A DNA stretch of 64,000 nt from Setoptus koraiensis (Eukaryota; Animalia; Arthropoda): assembly GCA_048013815.1 (NCBI GenBank), contig CM106585.1:19902001-19966000 (forward strand), read 5' to 3'. Made by a program: the position numbers and the translations under genes. Shown here in pieces: positions 24,171-35,593 of the stretch. Numbering within the stretch: position 1 is the stretch's first letter; each line of letters starts with the position of its first letter. The notes under the pieces are model-generated. The model had not been told where the DNA came from. It searched no databases and worked only from the letters and a program-made list of their open reading frames with translations.

Positions 24171-25125
24171 TGCTCGAAAAAATCTCAGAATCACCTAATG
24201 TTAGCGGGCTATTGATTTACTATTTTGTATAACGATATCAATGGACCGTTAGTTTCTAGTACGTTCGTTTGAAAGTAAGACAAAAATTGTCCAAATGATT
24301 GAAAAGTTATTTTGAAAATAATATTTTCATTAATTTTGTGTTCCGCGCGAGGCAAAATGTGACGAAACAAGCTACGTTTATCGGCAGCCGAAGTGTTCTC
24401 GTGAATCGATCGTAACAGTCTCTTTTTTCTTGACGCAACTTTGTTTATTATGCTAGTATAGCGGAAGTTATCTTTTATTATTGCCCGTATAACTCTGTGA
24501 ATGTTTGAGCAAACTAGAACCGAGATCTCTTGAAAGTTCGAGATCGTTACTCGGGGGTCGATTCATTCTATTTGGTGTGCGGCCAATTGATAGATTTATT
24601 TTTGCATGAATTCAGCCAGTTTTCAATGAAGAAATACGAACGAAAGTTGATATGATCAGATTTTGTTTGCACATGTCTCGCGCTAGGCCAAATTCAAAAC
24701 GAAACGAGAACAAATTGAGGCAGTCTTTTTCCCACAGATAGCGCTGGATTCGCGAGAAAAAAAAATATACGAATTCCATGATTTTCCGAAATTTATTGAT
24801 TATATTGGTTGGACGAAGTTATGTATTCGGACTATTTTTGTGATATACTCGCGAGTCGCGACCGAAGAATTTGACCGGCCGTTATTGCTGGGCCCGTGCG
24901 CGGCGCAGCCGCGGGGGCGGTTCTGTCCGTTGCGGCCCGTTGACTGATGCGCCATGCCGAAATAAACGTGCTCGCCATATGTTTTGATGGGATGGCTTTG
25001 ATGCAACTCGGGCAAGGATATTTCTACACGAGAGATCACAAGCTTTTTACGAATACTATTATCATTATTTAGACTTTAATTATTGTGCGAACGTCCAATG
25101 AAACCATCCATCACATTCTAGCACA
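24171..25125. promoter_or_regulatory. Divergent promoter region between the asteroid homolog and POLR3A, with a GC-rich core at ~24850-24960
   Basis: Head-to-head orientation; CpG-rich island in an AT-rich context. Confidence 0.5.
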
Positions 25126-28100
25126 ATGGGCAAGGAACAATACAAGGCCAACAAGGTTGGCATGAAAATAGACAAATTGTCCTTCTCGATATCGGGCCCG
25201 CAACATTTGAGAAAACACAGTCTGGTTCAGTGTGTCAACAAGCGATTCTATGAGGACCCAAACGCATCCAGCAAGGCCATCACTGCCGGCCCATCAGGAA
25301 TGCCCTCCGGATCAACGAAGGCCCGGATAGCACGATATGGTGTGCTGGATCTCAGGCTGGGCACCAGCACGGCGGCTAACATTTGCGAGACTTGCAATCA
25401 AAAGCTGGCCAATTGTATTGGCCACTTTGGACATATCGATCTGCCTTTTCCCGTTTTTCACACTGGCTATTTTAGATTCATACTACTAACGTTGCAGTCC
25501 ATTTGCAAGAAATGCTCACGCTTATTGTTGCCCGTAGACAGACGTAGAGAGTATTTGGCTAAAATACAGCGTGCCAGAAACTCATATTTAGAGCGAAAGA
25601 TTCTACATGATATGATTACCAAGGTGTGCAAGAAACAAAAATTATGTCCCTATTGTAAGGCATTCAATGGCACAGTCAAAAAGACCGGATGCTACAAAAT
25701 CCTTCACCAAAGTCACCCGTTGCCTTACAGCAAAGCGGCGTCCAACAAATACAAGCCATCCGTTGCGCCAGAATTTGCCAATGTCATCGAGTCAAATCCG
25801 GATCTAGAGGATTTGTTTCAACGTTATCACATGGAACTTTTGGATCCTATTAAAGTTCAGAGTTTGTTTGAGCGCATTCCCGACAAAGACATACCATTTC
25901 TGCTGATAACCAACGCTCGACCAGAGGATCTCATAACTTCCCGTATACCTGTACCGCCTGCCTGCATCAGACCTTCTGTGATGAGTGACGACGCTTCCAA
26001 TGAAGATGACCTGACAATATTACTGAGTGAGATTAATTTATTGACCGATGTTATAGAGAAACGCAAAGCTACCGGCGCCATAATGTCGCTTATTGTTGAC
26101 GGTTGGGATTTTCTACAATTGGAATTGGCGTTGTACATCAATAGTGAGACATCGGGAATACCACTGCAAATGAAACCAAAGAAATCAAGCAGAGGCCTCG
26201 TACAGAGGTTGAAGGGAAAGCACGGACGTTTCAGGGGCAACCTAAGTGGTAAGCGTGTTGATTTCTCGAGCAGAAGTGTCATTAGTCCAAATCCTATGCT
26301 GGCAATAGATCAAGTAGGAGTTCCAAAGCACATAGCCAGGCTATTAACATATCCCGAACGTGTCACTAGCCACAACCTCAATCTCATGCGTAGCCTAGTC
26401 AAGAATGGACCCAATAATTATCCCGGTGCTAACTATATAATTGATTCGGCCGGCGGAAGAAAATTTCTCATGTATGGCAACAAAGAATTCATGGCTAAAA
26501 ACTTGCGGCCAGGCGACTTGGTGGAGAGGCATATGATTGATGGAGATGTTGTGTTGTTTAATCGCCAGCCGTCTTTGCACAAATTAAGTATTATGTGTCA
26601 CAAGGCAAAGGTACATGAAAATAGAACCTTGCAATTCAACGAATGCGTTTGTACGCCTTACAATGCTGATTTCGATGGTGACGAAATGAATTTGCACTTG
26701 TTGCAATCAGAGGAGGCCAAAGCCGAGGCGTTTGTTTTGATGGGTACTAAAAACAACATGGTTACACCTAGGAATGGAGAACCACTCATAGCTGCCATAC
26801 AAGATTTCATAACAGGTGCCTATCTTTTAACTCAGAAAGACATATTCTTTGATCGTGGCGAGGCACAACAGTTAATCTCGTCCATATTGGCAAGCGTCGA
26901 CAAAAATGTCATCATCGACTTTCCGCCACCTTGTATAATACGGCCAATGGCTTTGTGGTCCGGCAAACAGATATTTAGTCTTATATTGCGGCCAACAAAG
27001 AAGAGCCCAGTTCTGTTGAACACAAGATGTAAAACGAAAAACTATTCTGGGATAATGGAAGAACTCAGCCCCAACGACAGCTTTGTTGTAGTGAGAAACA
27101 GTGAACTATTAGCAGGTCAAGTGGATAAAACTATTTTAGGATCTGGATCAAAGAGTAATATTTTTTATTTGACACTTAAAGACTTTAGCGGCGACGATGC
27201 CGGCAATGCACTGTGTCGGCTTGCTAGAACGATCAGTAGCTTCATGGCAAATCGCGGATTCTCTCTTGGTATAGATGATGTAACTCCCACAACAAGTCTC
27301 GAGAGTGAGAAGCAGCAACTATTGAAGACAGGATACAATATAGTGCGAGAGAAGATCATCGAGGAAAAGGAGGGTCGCCTTCAAGCAGAAGCTGGACTTA
27401 GTAAATCGGAAACTTTAGAGGCAATAATACTGAAAGAGTTGTCGTCAATAAGAGAGGCCGCTGGTAAGTCTTGTCGCGAACAATTGTTGCCCAGCAATGC
27501 CGCTCTCATAATGGCTCAATGTGGTTCTAAGGGATCCCTAATTAACGTTTCACAAATGGTCGCTTGCGTGGGTCAGCAAGCCATTCGAGGTCAGCGCGTA
27601 GCAGATGCATACAATGGTCGTAGCTTGCCTCATTTTGATTACGGCGACAAATCTCCCGTAGCGAAAGGATTTGTATCGGACAGTTTTTATTCAGGGCTTA
27701 CTACAATAGAGTTTTTCTTTCACACAATGGCTGGTAGGGAGGGTTTACTAGACACAGCTGTTAAAACTGCCGAGACAGGTTACATGCAACGGCGTCTTGT
27801 GAAAGCTTTAGAAGATTTGGTATCGCACTATGATGGTTCGGTTAGAAATTCAACAGGCGAATTAATACAATTGGTTTATGGGGACGACGGCCTGGATCCG
27901 GCTGAGATAGACACCATGGAGGCTCCTCATATTGATGTTAAGCATCTGTTTAATCATAGTCTGGCTGCAGTGCCCAGTCGTTTAGAGCCCACCATGACCA
28001 AAGAATCCGCTTGGAATATTATTGAATCTGTGACAACCAATTGGGATAGCATAAATGAAAATTTCAAATCAGAAGTGATAAATTTGATTGTCAAATACTT

Positions 28101-29451
28101 GGGAAGTAATCCGTTCAGCCAGAGGAGAACAACGCGAAATTGTCCCACTAACGAGTTGACTCGTCTTACAGCGTCCCAATTGAATCACTACTTGAAATTG
28201 TGCTGGCAAAAGTACAATCGCGCCAGAATTGAGCCCGGAACAGCCGTCGGTGCGATATGCGCCCAAAGTGTGGGAGAACCGGCCACCCAGATGACTTTGA
28301 AAACATTTCACTTTGCTGGTGTTGCCTCTATGAACATCACCCAGGGAGTGCCTCGCATAAAAGAACTTATTAACGCCTACAAGAGCATTTCTACACCGGT
28401 GATTAGAGTGGACTTGATGAATCCTCATGACAAAACTGAGGCGAGACGCGTCAAAATGCGCATAGAAAACACCCTGTTAGGTCAGGTCTGCAGTTCATTG
28501 ACAGAGGTTGTAGAATGCGACGATTGTTATATCGAGATATTGTTGGACGAGCGCCGAATAGAGATGCTCAGTTTGGACATGACAGCGAATCAAATTGTTG
28601 ACGTTATTGCAAAACATCTTCGAATAACACTCGACAGGATGAGAGTAACGGATGGTGGCAAGTACATTTGTGTCAGAGCTAACAAACCGTCGGAATTGTG
28701 GCAATTGCGCGAATCGTTGTGTCTCGTGCCTATCAAGGGTATACCGAAAATTTTGAAGGCAGCCATACGTCAGAGAACTGAGGCCAACAAAGACATTTAT
28801 TACATAGTAGTGGAGGGCGAAGGACTGCAGCGCGTTATGGCCACTTACGGGGTCCTGTTCAATACAGCCATGTCAAACAATGTACTCGAAGTGGCCAGTT
28901 GCTTGGGTATCGAGGCCGCCCGAGAGTGTATAATTAGAGAGATTCAGCAGACAATGCAAAGTCACGGTATTGGTATTGACGAGCGCCACTTGAAACTATT
29001 GGCTGACACCATGACATACAAGGGACGCGTGTTGGGTTACACGAGGCACGGATTGTCCAAAATGAAAGAATCTGCATTGATGTTGGCCTCATTCGAGCGA
29101 ACGGCTGATCATTTGTTTGAGGCCGCTTATTACGGCCAAAACGATCCCATAGCTGGCGTGTCCGAATCAATTATATCAGGTACGCCAATCCGTTTGGGTA
29201 CAGGCTTCTTCGACCTGTTGTACAAGCCAAACTCGTCTCATGCATCTACAAACTCAAACCACAAATTGAGGCCAATACCAGAGTTGGATATCGCAAGTCA
29301 TAGCAGTATTATCAGTAGTAATGATGTGACCACTACCAGTGGTGTGAAGCGTACACACGAAGACGATACATCCAACTCTAGTGTCAAGCGATTGTCTACG
29401 ACAGGAACTTGGACAGGTAAAAATGACAAGCAGCTTCTGTTCGCCAGTTAA
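25126..29451 (+). CDS. POLR3A: RNA polymerase III largest subunit (RPC1), 1441 aa, intronless
   Basis: MGKEQ.. N-terminus typical of RPC1; Zn site CETC..CIGHFGH; GRFRGNLSGKRVDF; catalytic YNADFDGDEMN; TQMTLKTFHFAG; SFERTADHLFEAA. Confidence 0.97.
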   Translation: MGKEQYKANKVGMKIDKLSFSISGPQHLRKHSLVQCVNKRFYEDPNASSKAITAGPSGMPSGSTKARIARYGVLDLRLGTSTAANICETCNQKLANCIGHFGHIDLPFPVFHTGYFRFILLTLQSICKKCSRLLLPVDRRREYLAKIQRARNSYLERKILHDMITKVCKKQKLCPYCKAFNGTVKKTGCYKILHQSHPLPYSKAASNKYKPSVAPEFANVIESNPDLEDLFQRYHMELLDPIKVQSLFERIPDKDIPFLLITNARPEDLITSRIPVPPACIRPSVMSDDASNEDDLTILLSEINLLTDVIEKRKATGAIMSLIVDGWDFLQLELALYINSETSGIPLQMKPKKSSRGLVQRLKGKHGRFRGNLSGKRVDFSSRSVISPNPMLAIDQVGVPKHIARLLTYPERVTSHNLNLMRSLVKNGPNNYPGANYIIDSAGGRKFLMYGNKEFMAKNLRPGDLVERHMIDGDVVLFNRQPSLHKLSIMCHKAKVHENRTLQFNECVCTPYNADFDGDEMNLHLLQSEEAKAEAFVLMGTKNNMVTPRNGEPLIAAIQDFITGAYLLTQKDIFFDRGEAQQLISSILASVDKNVIIDFPPPCIIRPMALWSGKQIFSLILRPTKKSPVLLNTRCKTKNYSGIMEELSPNDSFVVVRNSELLAGQVDKTILGSGSKSNIFYLTLKDFSGDDAGNALCRLARTISSFMANRGFSLGIDDVTPTTSLESEKQQLLKTGYNIVREKIIEEKEGRLQAEAGLSKSETLEAIILKELSSIREAAGKSCREQLLPSNAALIMAQCGSKGSLINVSQMVACVGQQAIRGQRVADAYNGRSLPHFDYGDKSPVAKGFVSDSFYSGLTTIEFFFHTMAGREGLLDTAVKTAETGYMQRRLVKALEDLVSHYDGSVRNSTGELIQLVYGDDGLDPAEIDTMEAPHIDVKHLFNHSLAAVPSRLEPTMTKESAWNIIESVTTNWDSINENFKSEVINLIVKYLGSNPFSQRRTTRNCPTNELTRLTASQLNHYLKLCWQKYNRARIEPGTAVGAICAQSVGEPATQMTLKTFHFAGVASMNITQGVPRIKELINAYKSISTPVIRVDLMNPHDKTEARRVKMRIENTLLGQVCSSLTEVVECDDCYIEILLDERRIEMLSLDMTANQIVDVIAKHLRITLDRMRVTDGGKYICVRANKPSELWQLRESLCLVPIKGIPKILKAAIRQRTEANKDIYYIVVEGEGLQRVMATYGVLFNTAMSNNVLEVASCLGIEAARECIIREIQQTMQSHGIGIDERHLKLLADTMTYKGRVLGYTRHGLSKMKESALMLASFERTADHLFEAAYYGQNDPIAGVSESIISGTPIRLGTGFFDLLYKPNSSHASTNSNHKLRPIPELDIASHSSIISSNDVTTTSGVKRTHEDDTSNSSVKRLSTTGTWTGKNDKQLLFAS

Positions 29452-29695
29452 GGTTGTTTGTTTTGTCGCCGATAAATGGTAGTGAGATGAGTGACGCAAA
29501 TGATCGCTACTATTGACAATGAGTCAACGAAAGGTGTACAGTAACACGCAAGCAAGTTAATAAATAAAATAAATCTTTGTTCGAGGTTTTATTCAAGGTG
29601 TTCACAATGTAGTTTGGTTACTGTTGACAGTATAAATTAATTTAATTTAATAAGTTAATTATCAGATCCACTGATCAGCCAGATACGTGAGCTCT

Positions 29696-30855
29696 CTATC
29701 GAACCACAGAATGCAGTCTGAGATGTGTCTTGAGGTTGCTGGTGGAATTGAATCGTTTATTGCAGACGTCGCACTGATGGGGCTTCTCGCCGGTGTGAAC
29801 TAGATGATGCTTCTGTAGATGCGCCAATTGGGTAAAACTCTTGGTGCATGTATCACAATGGAACGGTCGCTCACCTGTTGCATTGCAATTGTAACAATAA
29901 AAGTACAGTACAAATAGAATAGTTAATAATAGTTTTATTTAATTGTAAGATGGGAAAGGGTTTTAGTTGCATAAAACCAATAAGGCCAATAGGAACACTA
30001 CTCACCTGTGTGCGTTCTCAGGTGCACCTTCAAGTTGGACAATTGACCAAATGTTTTCAAGCACTTATTGCACTCGTAAAGCATCTTGCCATCCTTTTTT
30101 TTCAGCGGATACGGCAGCGATCTGTGGCCGCGTGCATTGTCGCCGTTATTGTCGGGCATGTCAGGCGAGCTTGTGTGCTGTTGCATAAGCGAGGGCGACA
30201 ATTGTCCATCGCTGGCGTGATTGCTGGTGCCACCGGGCGATATTTGGGCGCTTCGGGGACCTGATTGGGGCAGTGCCGACAGCAGTGACGGCGACGTTGA
30301 CGATATGGACGACGAGGACGATAATGAGCTAGCTAGTGAGGCCTGTGACGAGTGACGATTGTTGAGATGATGATGGCCGGCGTTGATGTTTATTGCGTTT
30401 GTTCCGCTGGTCAGCGACGACAGCGGCGAGGTGGGCGATTGCGACGACGAGCACGTAGACGAGGATGACTTGTTGCTGCTGTTGCTGCTGGCGATGCTGT
30501 TGTGGTTGTTGCTGTTGTTGCTGGTTGTTGTGGTCAGATCGAGCGGAATGGCGGCCCGATAATAGTCAAAATACGATGATATTATGTCGGGCGAATGGTG
30601 ACGACAGTCTAAATGAGTTGTGGAATGGCGCCTGTTGGACCAGCAAATATTGTTGCCGAGATAGTCGAATGACGATGAATCTATTGAGTTCGATGGCGAC
30701 GGCGACAATGCGGCCTTTGTCATTTGGGTGGCCTGGCCCTCTGATAACTTTCTGTAATTGAAAACTTTGCACATTTTTATTTTCAGGCACCGAAATTCGT
30801 TTTCGGGCGCCTGCACGGTGGCGATCACGTTGCGCGACGCGGTCGTTGTGGCCAT
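29696..30855 (-). CDS. PRDM1: Blimp-1/PRDM1 homolog, 3' part: join(30855..30006, 29874..29696), three C2H2 fingers; upstream exons possible (acceptor before 30751)
   Basis: [57 protein letters not shown] are diagnostic of Blimp-1; 131-bp GT-AG intron 30005..29875 in phase 1; S/N-rich region with PLDLT. Confidence 0.92.
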
Positions 30856-30963
30856 GATGATGCTGCTGCTGCTGCTGATCAGTCACAATACGAATGGGCT
30901 CTTTAAACTTGTTGCTGCTGGCATCGGTCAGTCTGAGCACTGGCCAGTAGTCATGCTGCTGGG

Positions 30964-31093
30964 GATGCGTTTTTCGGATGTGTTTTTCGGACGCGTTTTT
31001 CGGATCTGTTTTTCGGATGCGTTTTTCTGATGCGTTTTTCTGATGCGTTTTTCTGATGCGTTTTTCTGATGCGTTTTTCTGATGCGTTTTTCG
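30964..31093. repeat. 13-bp minisatellite (GATGCGTTTTTCK) x10
   Basis: Ten tandem units read directly. Confidence 0.95.
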
Positions 31094-33073
31094 GACGAGG
31101 TCAGAAAAATGCGACACGGTGACAATGAATAAATAGTGACGAGAAGCGAAGTGAAGTGAAGTGAAGTTTTCGCTGATGAAATCGAACTGACAAACAGTGT
31201 GACCAGTGACAGCGGAGTGATAGCAAAGTGCGCCAAAGTGCGTGAGTTACCTGCCGACAATTGTGTGTGTTTGCGTTGCCATGGTGCGCAAATCTCTTGC
31301 TGCGTGCCGTGTGAGCATACAAGAGAAGAAGGCATCTTTTCCCCATTTCGGGATGCTTCGGCAGTGTGTGCTGGCCGGAGTGTTGCGCGACGAACGAGGG
31401 GAAAGCGACTTTTCGAAGCGCAAGCGTTCGACGCGCTGACAACGAACTTGCAGCGGGGGAAAGAGTTTGCTTCGAAACGAAACCACCACAATGCATGCCC
31501 GAGCAGCGATGAACTTGAAATTTTTGAGTCGGCCAGTTCGCCTTTGCCAGTGGCTGCTCACCTCGCCGGCTCAGCCTTGTCTTGTTCGCTTCGAACGCAC
31601 TCCGAGCGCGAACCGAACGCAGCCCGAGCGCGAATTCGGACGCAACAAGTGTCAATGGGCAGCCGAATCGAGCGCGGCCGGGCCGGATTCGGGCCGGGCG
31701 AGAGAGCCCGAAAATCGAACTGCGCACCGGAATTTGCATGCTGAAGCGGTGCTCGCACTTGGGCGCTCGGTCGGAAATTCACCCGGAGTCGAACTGGCCG
31801 GAGATTATGCTTCCGAAATTTCGGATGCACGATCCCAGGAAACAATGTCAAATGATGCCTCACATTGGGGCCAGTGTTTCGCGTATACGTTTCATTTTAA
31901 ATCAATAATCCGGCCAACTTGTGTCTCACAAGTTGTGAGGCTCCGGCAAGGGGCCAAAGGGTCGGATGTGACTATGTTGTGGGCAGGTGAGAATTGGGAT
32001 GCAACGTGAGGGACGTACGAGCTCGCTGTGAGAGGTGAACCCGACCACAGATAGCGGCTCATTTGAATTTCCTAGACGAGCCGCAGCCAGTGTGTGAGCC
32101 GGGCTACAGGGCGAGCGACTTTCAACGGGATTTTCCTGTTTAGTGGTGTGTTGAGTTTGTGTGATCCCATAAATGTCATTAGCATTTATGAGCGCATGCA
32201 TGAAAAAGAAGAAAAAAAAAATGATGATGAAAATCTGTGTGGCCGATATGCAGTGTTGGCTACACCATGACAGCGACTCGGCGATCTCGCCTCGACTCGA
32301 CTCGATTTGGCGCGTCAGCCAGCCTATAACTGGCTTGCCATAATCGGGTGATGATGGCGAGCAGGGGAGCGCTGCATAATGAACAGCAAAATAAATGAAT
32401 CTGTGCTCGCTGTCACTGCCAGCGACAGCAACAACGACGCCGACAACGACAGCGACAAGCACGCCAACAACAACGACAACTGCAGTGCAAACAACGAGAT
32501 GCATTATTACGACGACAGCAGCAACTATAAGCGGCTCACAGTGCGCCAGCAACTGGCAACAAGTGCTGGCAACAGGTTGCTGTTGTGGCAACGTGTCGCG
32601 TCATTGAACTTTCCTCGAGGGTCGAGAGAGCTAACCACACATCGCATCGGCGCTACCTGTGCCAGCGGATTGCGCAATCAAAGCACCATTACGCCAGCAG
32701 TGGCAGCAAGTGGCCAATGGCAAACAACACAAGATTCTCTGCCTGCATTACCTGGGATCACCTGTCCAACTGCGCCAATTGTACACTTACCTGTGCTGCA
32801 GTTGCTTATTATCTGGTGTAGCTGTTTTTGGGCCGTATTCTGGGCAACGTGGCCCGGGTGATTGTGAGTGTGTGTGTCGAATTTAAATCTGGAATATTGA
32901 ACTTGGAACGATGACGCTTCCTAGTGCACTTTTGATCGGCTCTCTTCAACTCTGTTCGGCCTGTTTAGGCAAATTGACGGAGGCGAGTCTCGCTCTTTCT
33001 CGCTTGCTCTTTCTCGCTTGCTCTTTCTCTCCACTGTTGCTGTTTTCGTTCTTTTGGCCGCCGAGCTAACGGC

Positions 33074-33270
33074 AACGACAGCAGCAACAACAACAACAAC
33101 GACCAAGGCAACAACAACGAAAACAGCAACAACAACAACAACGAAAACAGCAACAACAACAACAACGAAAACAGCAACAACAACAACAACGAAAACAGCA
33201 ACAACAACAACAACGACAGCAACAACAACAACAACAACAACAACAACACCGACAACAACAACCACAGCTG
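33074..33270. repeat. (ACA)n-derived compound repeat with a 24-bp superunit
   Basis: acgaaaacagcaacaacaacaaca units; explains the poly-T/V/L/C ORFs in the track. Confidence 0.9.
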
Positions 33271-33704
33271 GAGCAGCGAATGCAACGGAACCAACGGCAC
33301 AAAGAGCGGATTATGCAACAACAACCACCACGACGGGTGTAATGGACGAGAAAGGGAACAAGTGGCCGAGAGTAGAGTTCAAGTTCAGCTGCTGCCGGCT
33401 CGCTTACTTCCTGGTTGCGCAACTCAACTGCAACAAGTGTCCAGCGGCAAACAAGTGATTGTGTAATAAAAGTACAGTTAGCTATTAACGGCAACCTGTT
33501 GTTGCCTGCGCAGTAAGTAAACGCTGCCAGTGGACAGGCCATGTTGTATGGCTGTCCACTGGCAGCGGTTATTTCCGAACAGTTTTCAAAAAGTTTCCAA
33601 ATAGCAGCCAGCGGCAGCAGCAGCGTGCGTTGCGTCATTTACTATTTACAGTTAACTATTTGCAGCAACACTTGTTCTTTTTGCGCACCGTTTCCAGCTG
33701 ACTT

Positions 33705-33850
33705 GTGGCTGTTGTTGCCGTTGTTGACGATGATGATGTTGCCGTTGTTGCCGTTGTTGACGATGATGATGTTGCCGTTGTTGCTGTTGTTGACGGTGAT
33801 GATGTTGATGGCGATGATGTTGACGGCGCTGATGTTGTTGCGGCTGTCGT
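33705..33850. repeat. GTT/GAT trinucleotide-derived low-complexity repeat
   Basis: gttgccgttgttgacgatgatgat-like units. Confidence 0.85.
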
Positions 33851-35516
33851 GGCCGGCCGGGCGTCATGCAACCATCAACCGGCCGATCCAGTGGCCGGTT
33901 GCGAAGAAACTGACAGGCGACCGGCGAGACCGAGCAAGAGGGCCGACGCATCGCAACGGACTGGAAAGGTGGCACGACTCGTCACAGTTTCGTTAGGAAA
34001 AAATCCGCTGAAACAAACCGATCCGCTAGACGCACGCTCCACAGCGATTCACGGCCATTCGTGGTGATTAACTCCATACTATAAACTACAAACTATATTC
34101 TATGAGGTCGAACACACAGTTAATTAGTCTCGCTCGCTGCTGCGAACCTCGGCTCTGGCATCGCCAGCTGTCTGACAACAACAAATATCCATTGAAAAGA
34201 AGCATCAGGCAAAAGTTGGACACAAAATAATCTCATTAGCATATTATCTGCTATCGGATGGCGCTGATCGAGCGGTCAGATGGCTTCATTTGCATGCGCG
34301 TTCGCGCCGATGAGGGCTGCCCATCAACAGACTATCATCGACATTGATTTTTGTCAGCGTTTGCACGCGACCGGCCCTGCAATCCGTTCCACTCGCGTCG
34401 TTCAACTCGTTGGCACGAGATGCAGTTTTTTTTTGAGTTTTTCCCAAACGGGATTCGCTCATTCAATGAGCCTCACTGTGACACAGGTACGAGTTTATTA
34501 TCGGGCCATCGGGCCACCAATAATTCGGCGGCGCGTTGCACGCGCAGCGGTCGCCATAGCGGGACTTTCGATTGGCGTTTCGGTGCGCGTTTCGGTGCGC
34601 GTTCCGAGCTCGAAGTTCGAAGGTTCGAGGCCGGCCCGTTCGCCGGCCGTCCGAACTGGACGGGCGTTCGATTTCGGACCAGTATGTGGCCGGCGAATAA
34701 CTGTAAACTGTTATTTGTCAGATATGCGCACAGCGAGGGAATTTGTGGCCACTTCTGTCGCAGTTGCTGTTGTTGTTGTTGTGCAGTGATTGTTTGCGCG
34801 AATTGAATCAACTGCAACTCTATCATTTCGGACACGGACACGCCAACGGCTACCAACAATGAATTAAATAGAGCAGAGCGCACACCTTTGCCAGTGCAGC
34901 CACACTCAGCACGCTGTCGCTCTCTATTTTTTGCCACTATTATTTCCATTGTTTGTCACCAGAAAACTGGACACTGTTATATCCTACAGAATATATCGGT
35001 TGTGGGGCTGGTCAGCGGCGATATCATCTGATCGGATCACAATGTCAGATCGGCCAGCGGCGGCGTGCTGGCCAGTTTGCGCTAATGGCTGCGTGTGTGT
35101 GTGTGTGTGAATGGACGGACTGGGTAATGAGTTACAAATTCACTTCTTCACAGGGCCCATTCAATTCAATCTGATCTGATCTGATCCGATCCGACTCGAG
35201 CGATTCCATTCACGGGCCGGCCCATTAAAATTAGCGCCAGACTCGCACAAGCGCCAGCTATGCCCACGTTGCGCCCCATGTGGGTGCGTGGGTGAGAGTG
35301 GGCCTATCGATATCACGATGATTTATCATCGTGTAACGAGAGATAACAACCCAGACACGGTCACTCTCTCGAGTTCTGTGCAGCGGCGCGTCCAGTAATT
35401 GGCCCTCGTCGCTTGCGACGAGCCAGTTGAAAATATTTCGGAGCCGCGGAACAGTTCGAACGATTCGGCGGCCAGTTCGACGGCCAGTTCGGAGCGCGAG
35501 CGGGCATTTTCGCGAC

Positions 35517-35593
35517 AAAATCGCGAAAAAATCACGGCAAAATCACGGCGAAATCGCGGTAAAATCACGGCGAAATCACGGCGGAATCGCGAC
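35517..35593. repeat. 11-bp tandem repeat (AAAATCACGGC) x7
   Basis: Seven units read directly. Confidence 0.9.

Noticed and set aside
29254-29499. Antisense ORF over the POLR3A 3' end as a home for Blimp-1 fingers 4-5
   Set aside because: No C2H2 spacing or Blimp-1 similarity; shadow of the POLR3A CDS
32921-34067. ORFs with poly-T/V/L/C/Q/D tracts
   Set aside because: Direct translations of (ACA)/(GTT)/(GAT) microsatellites, open in several frames on both strands
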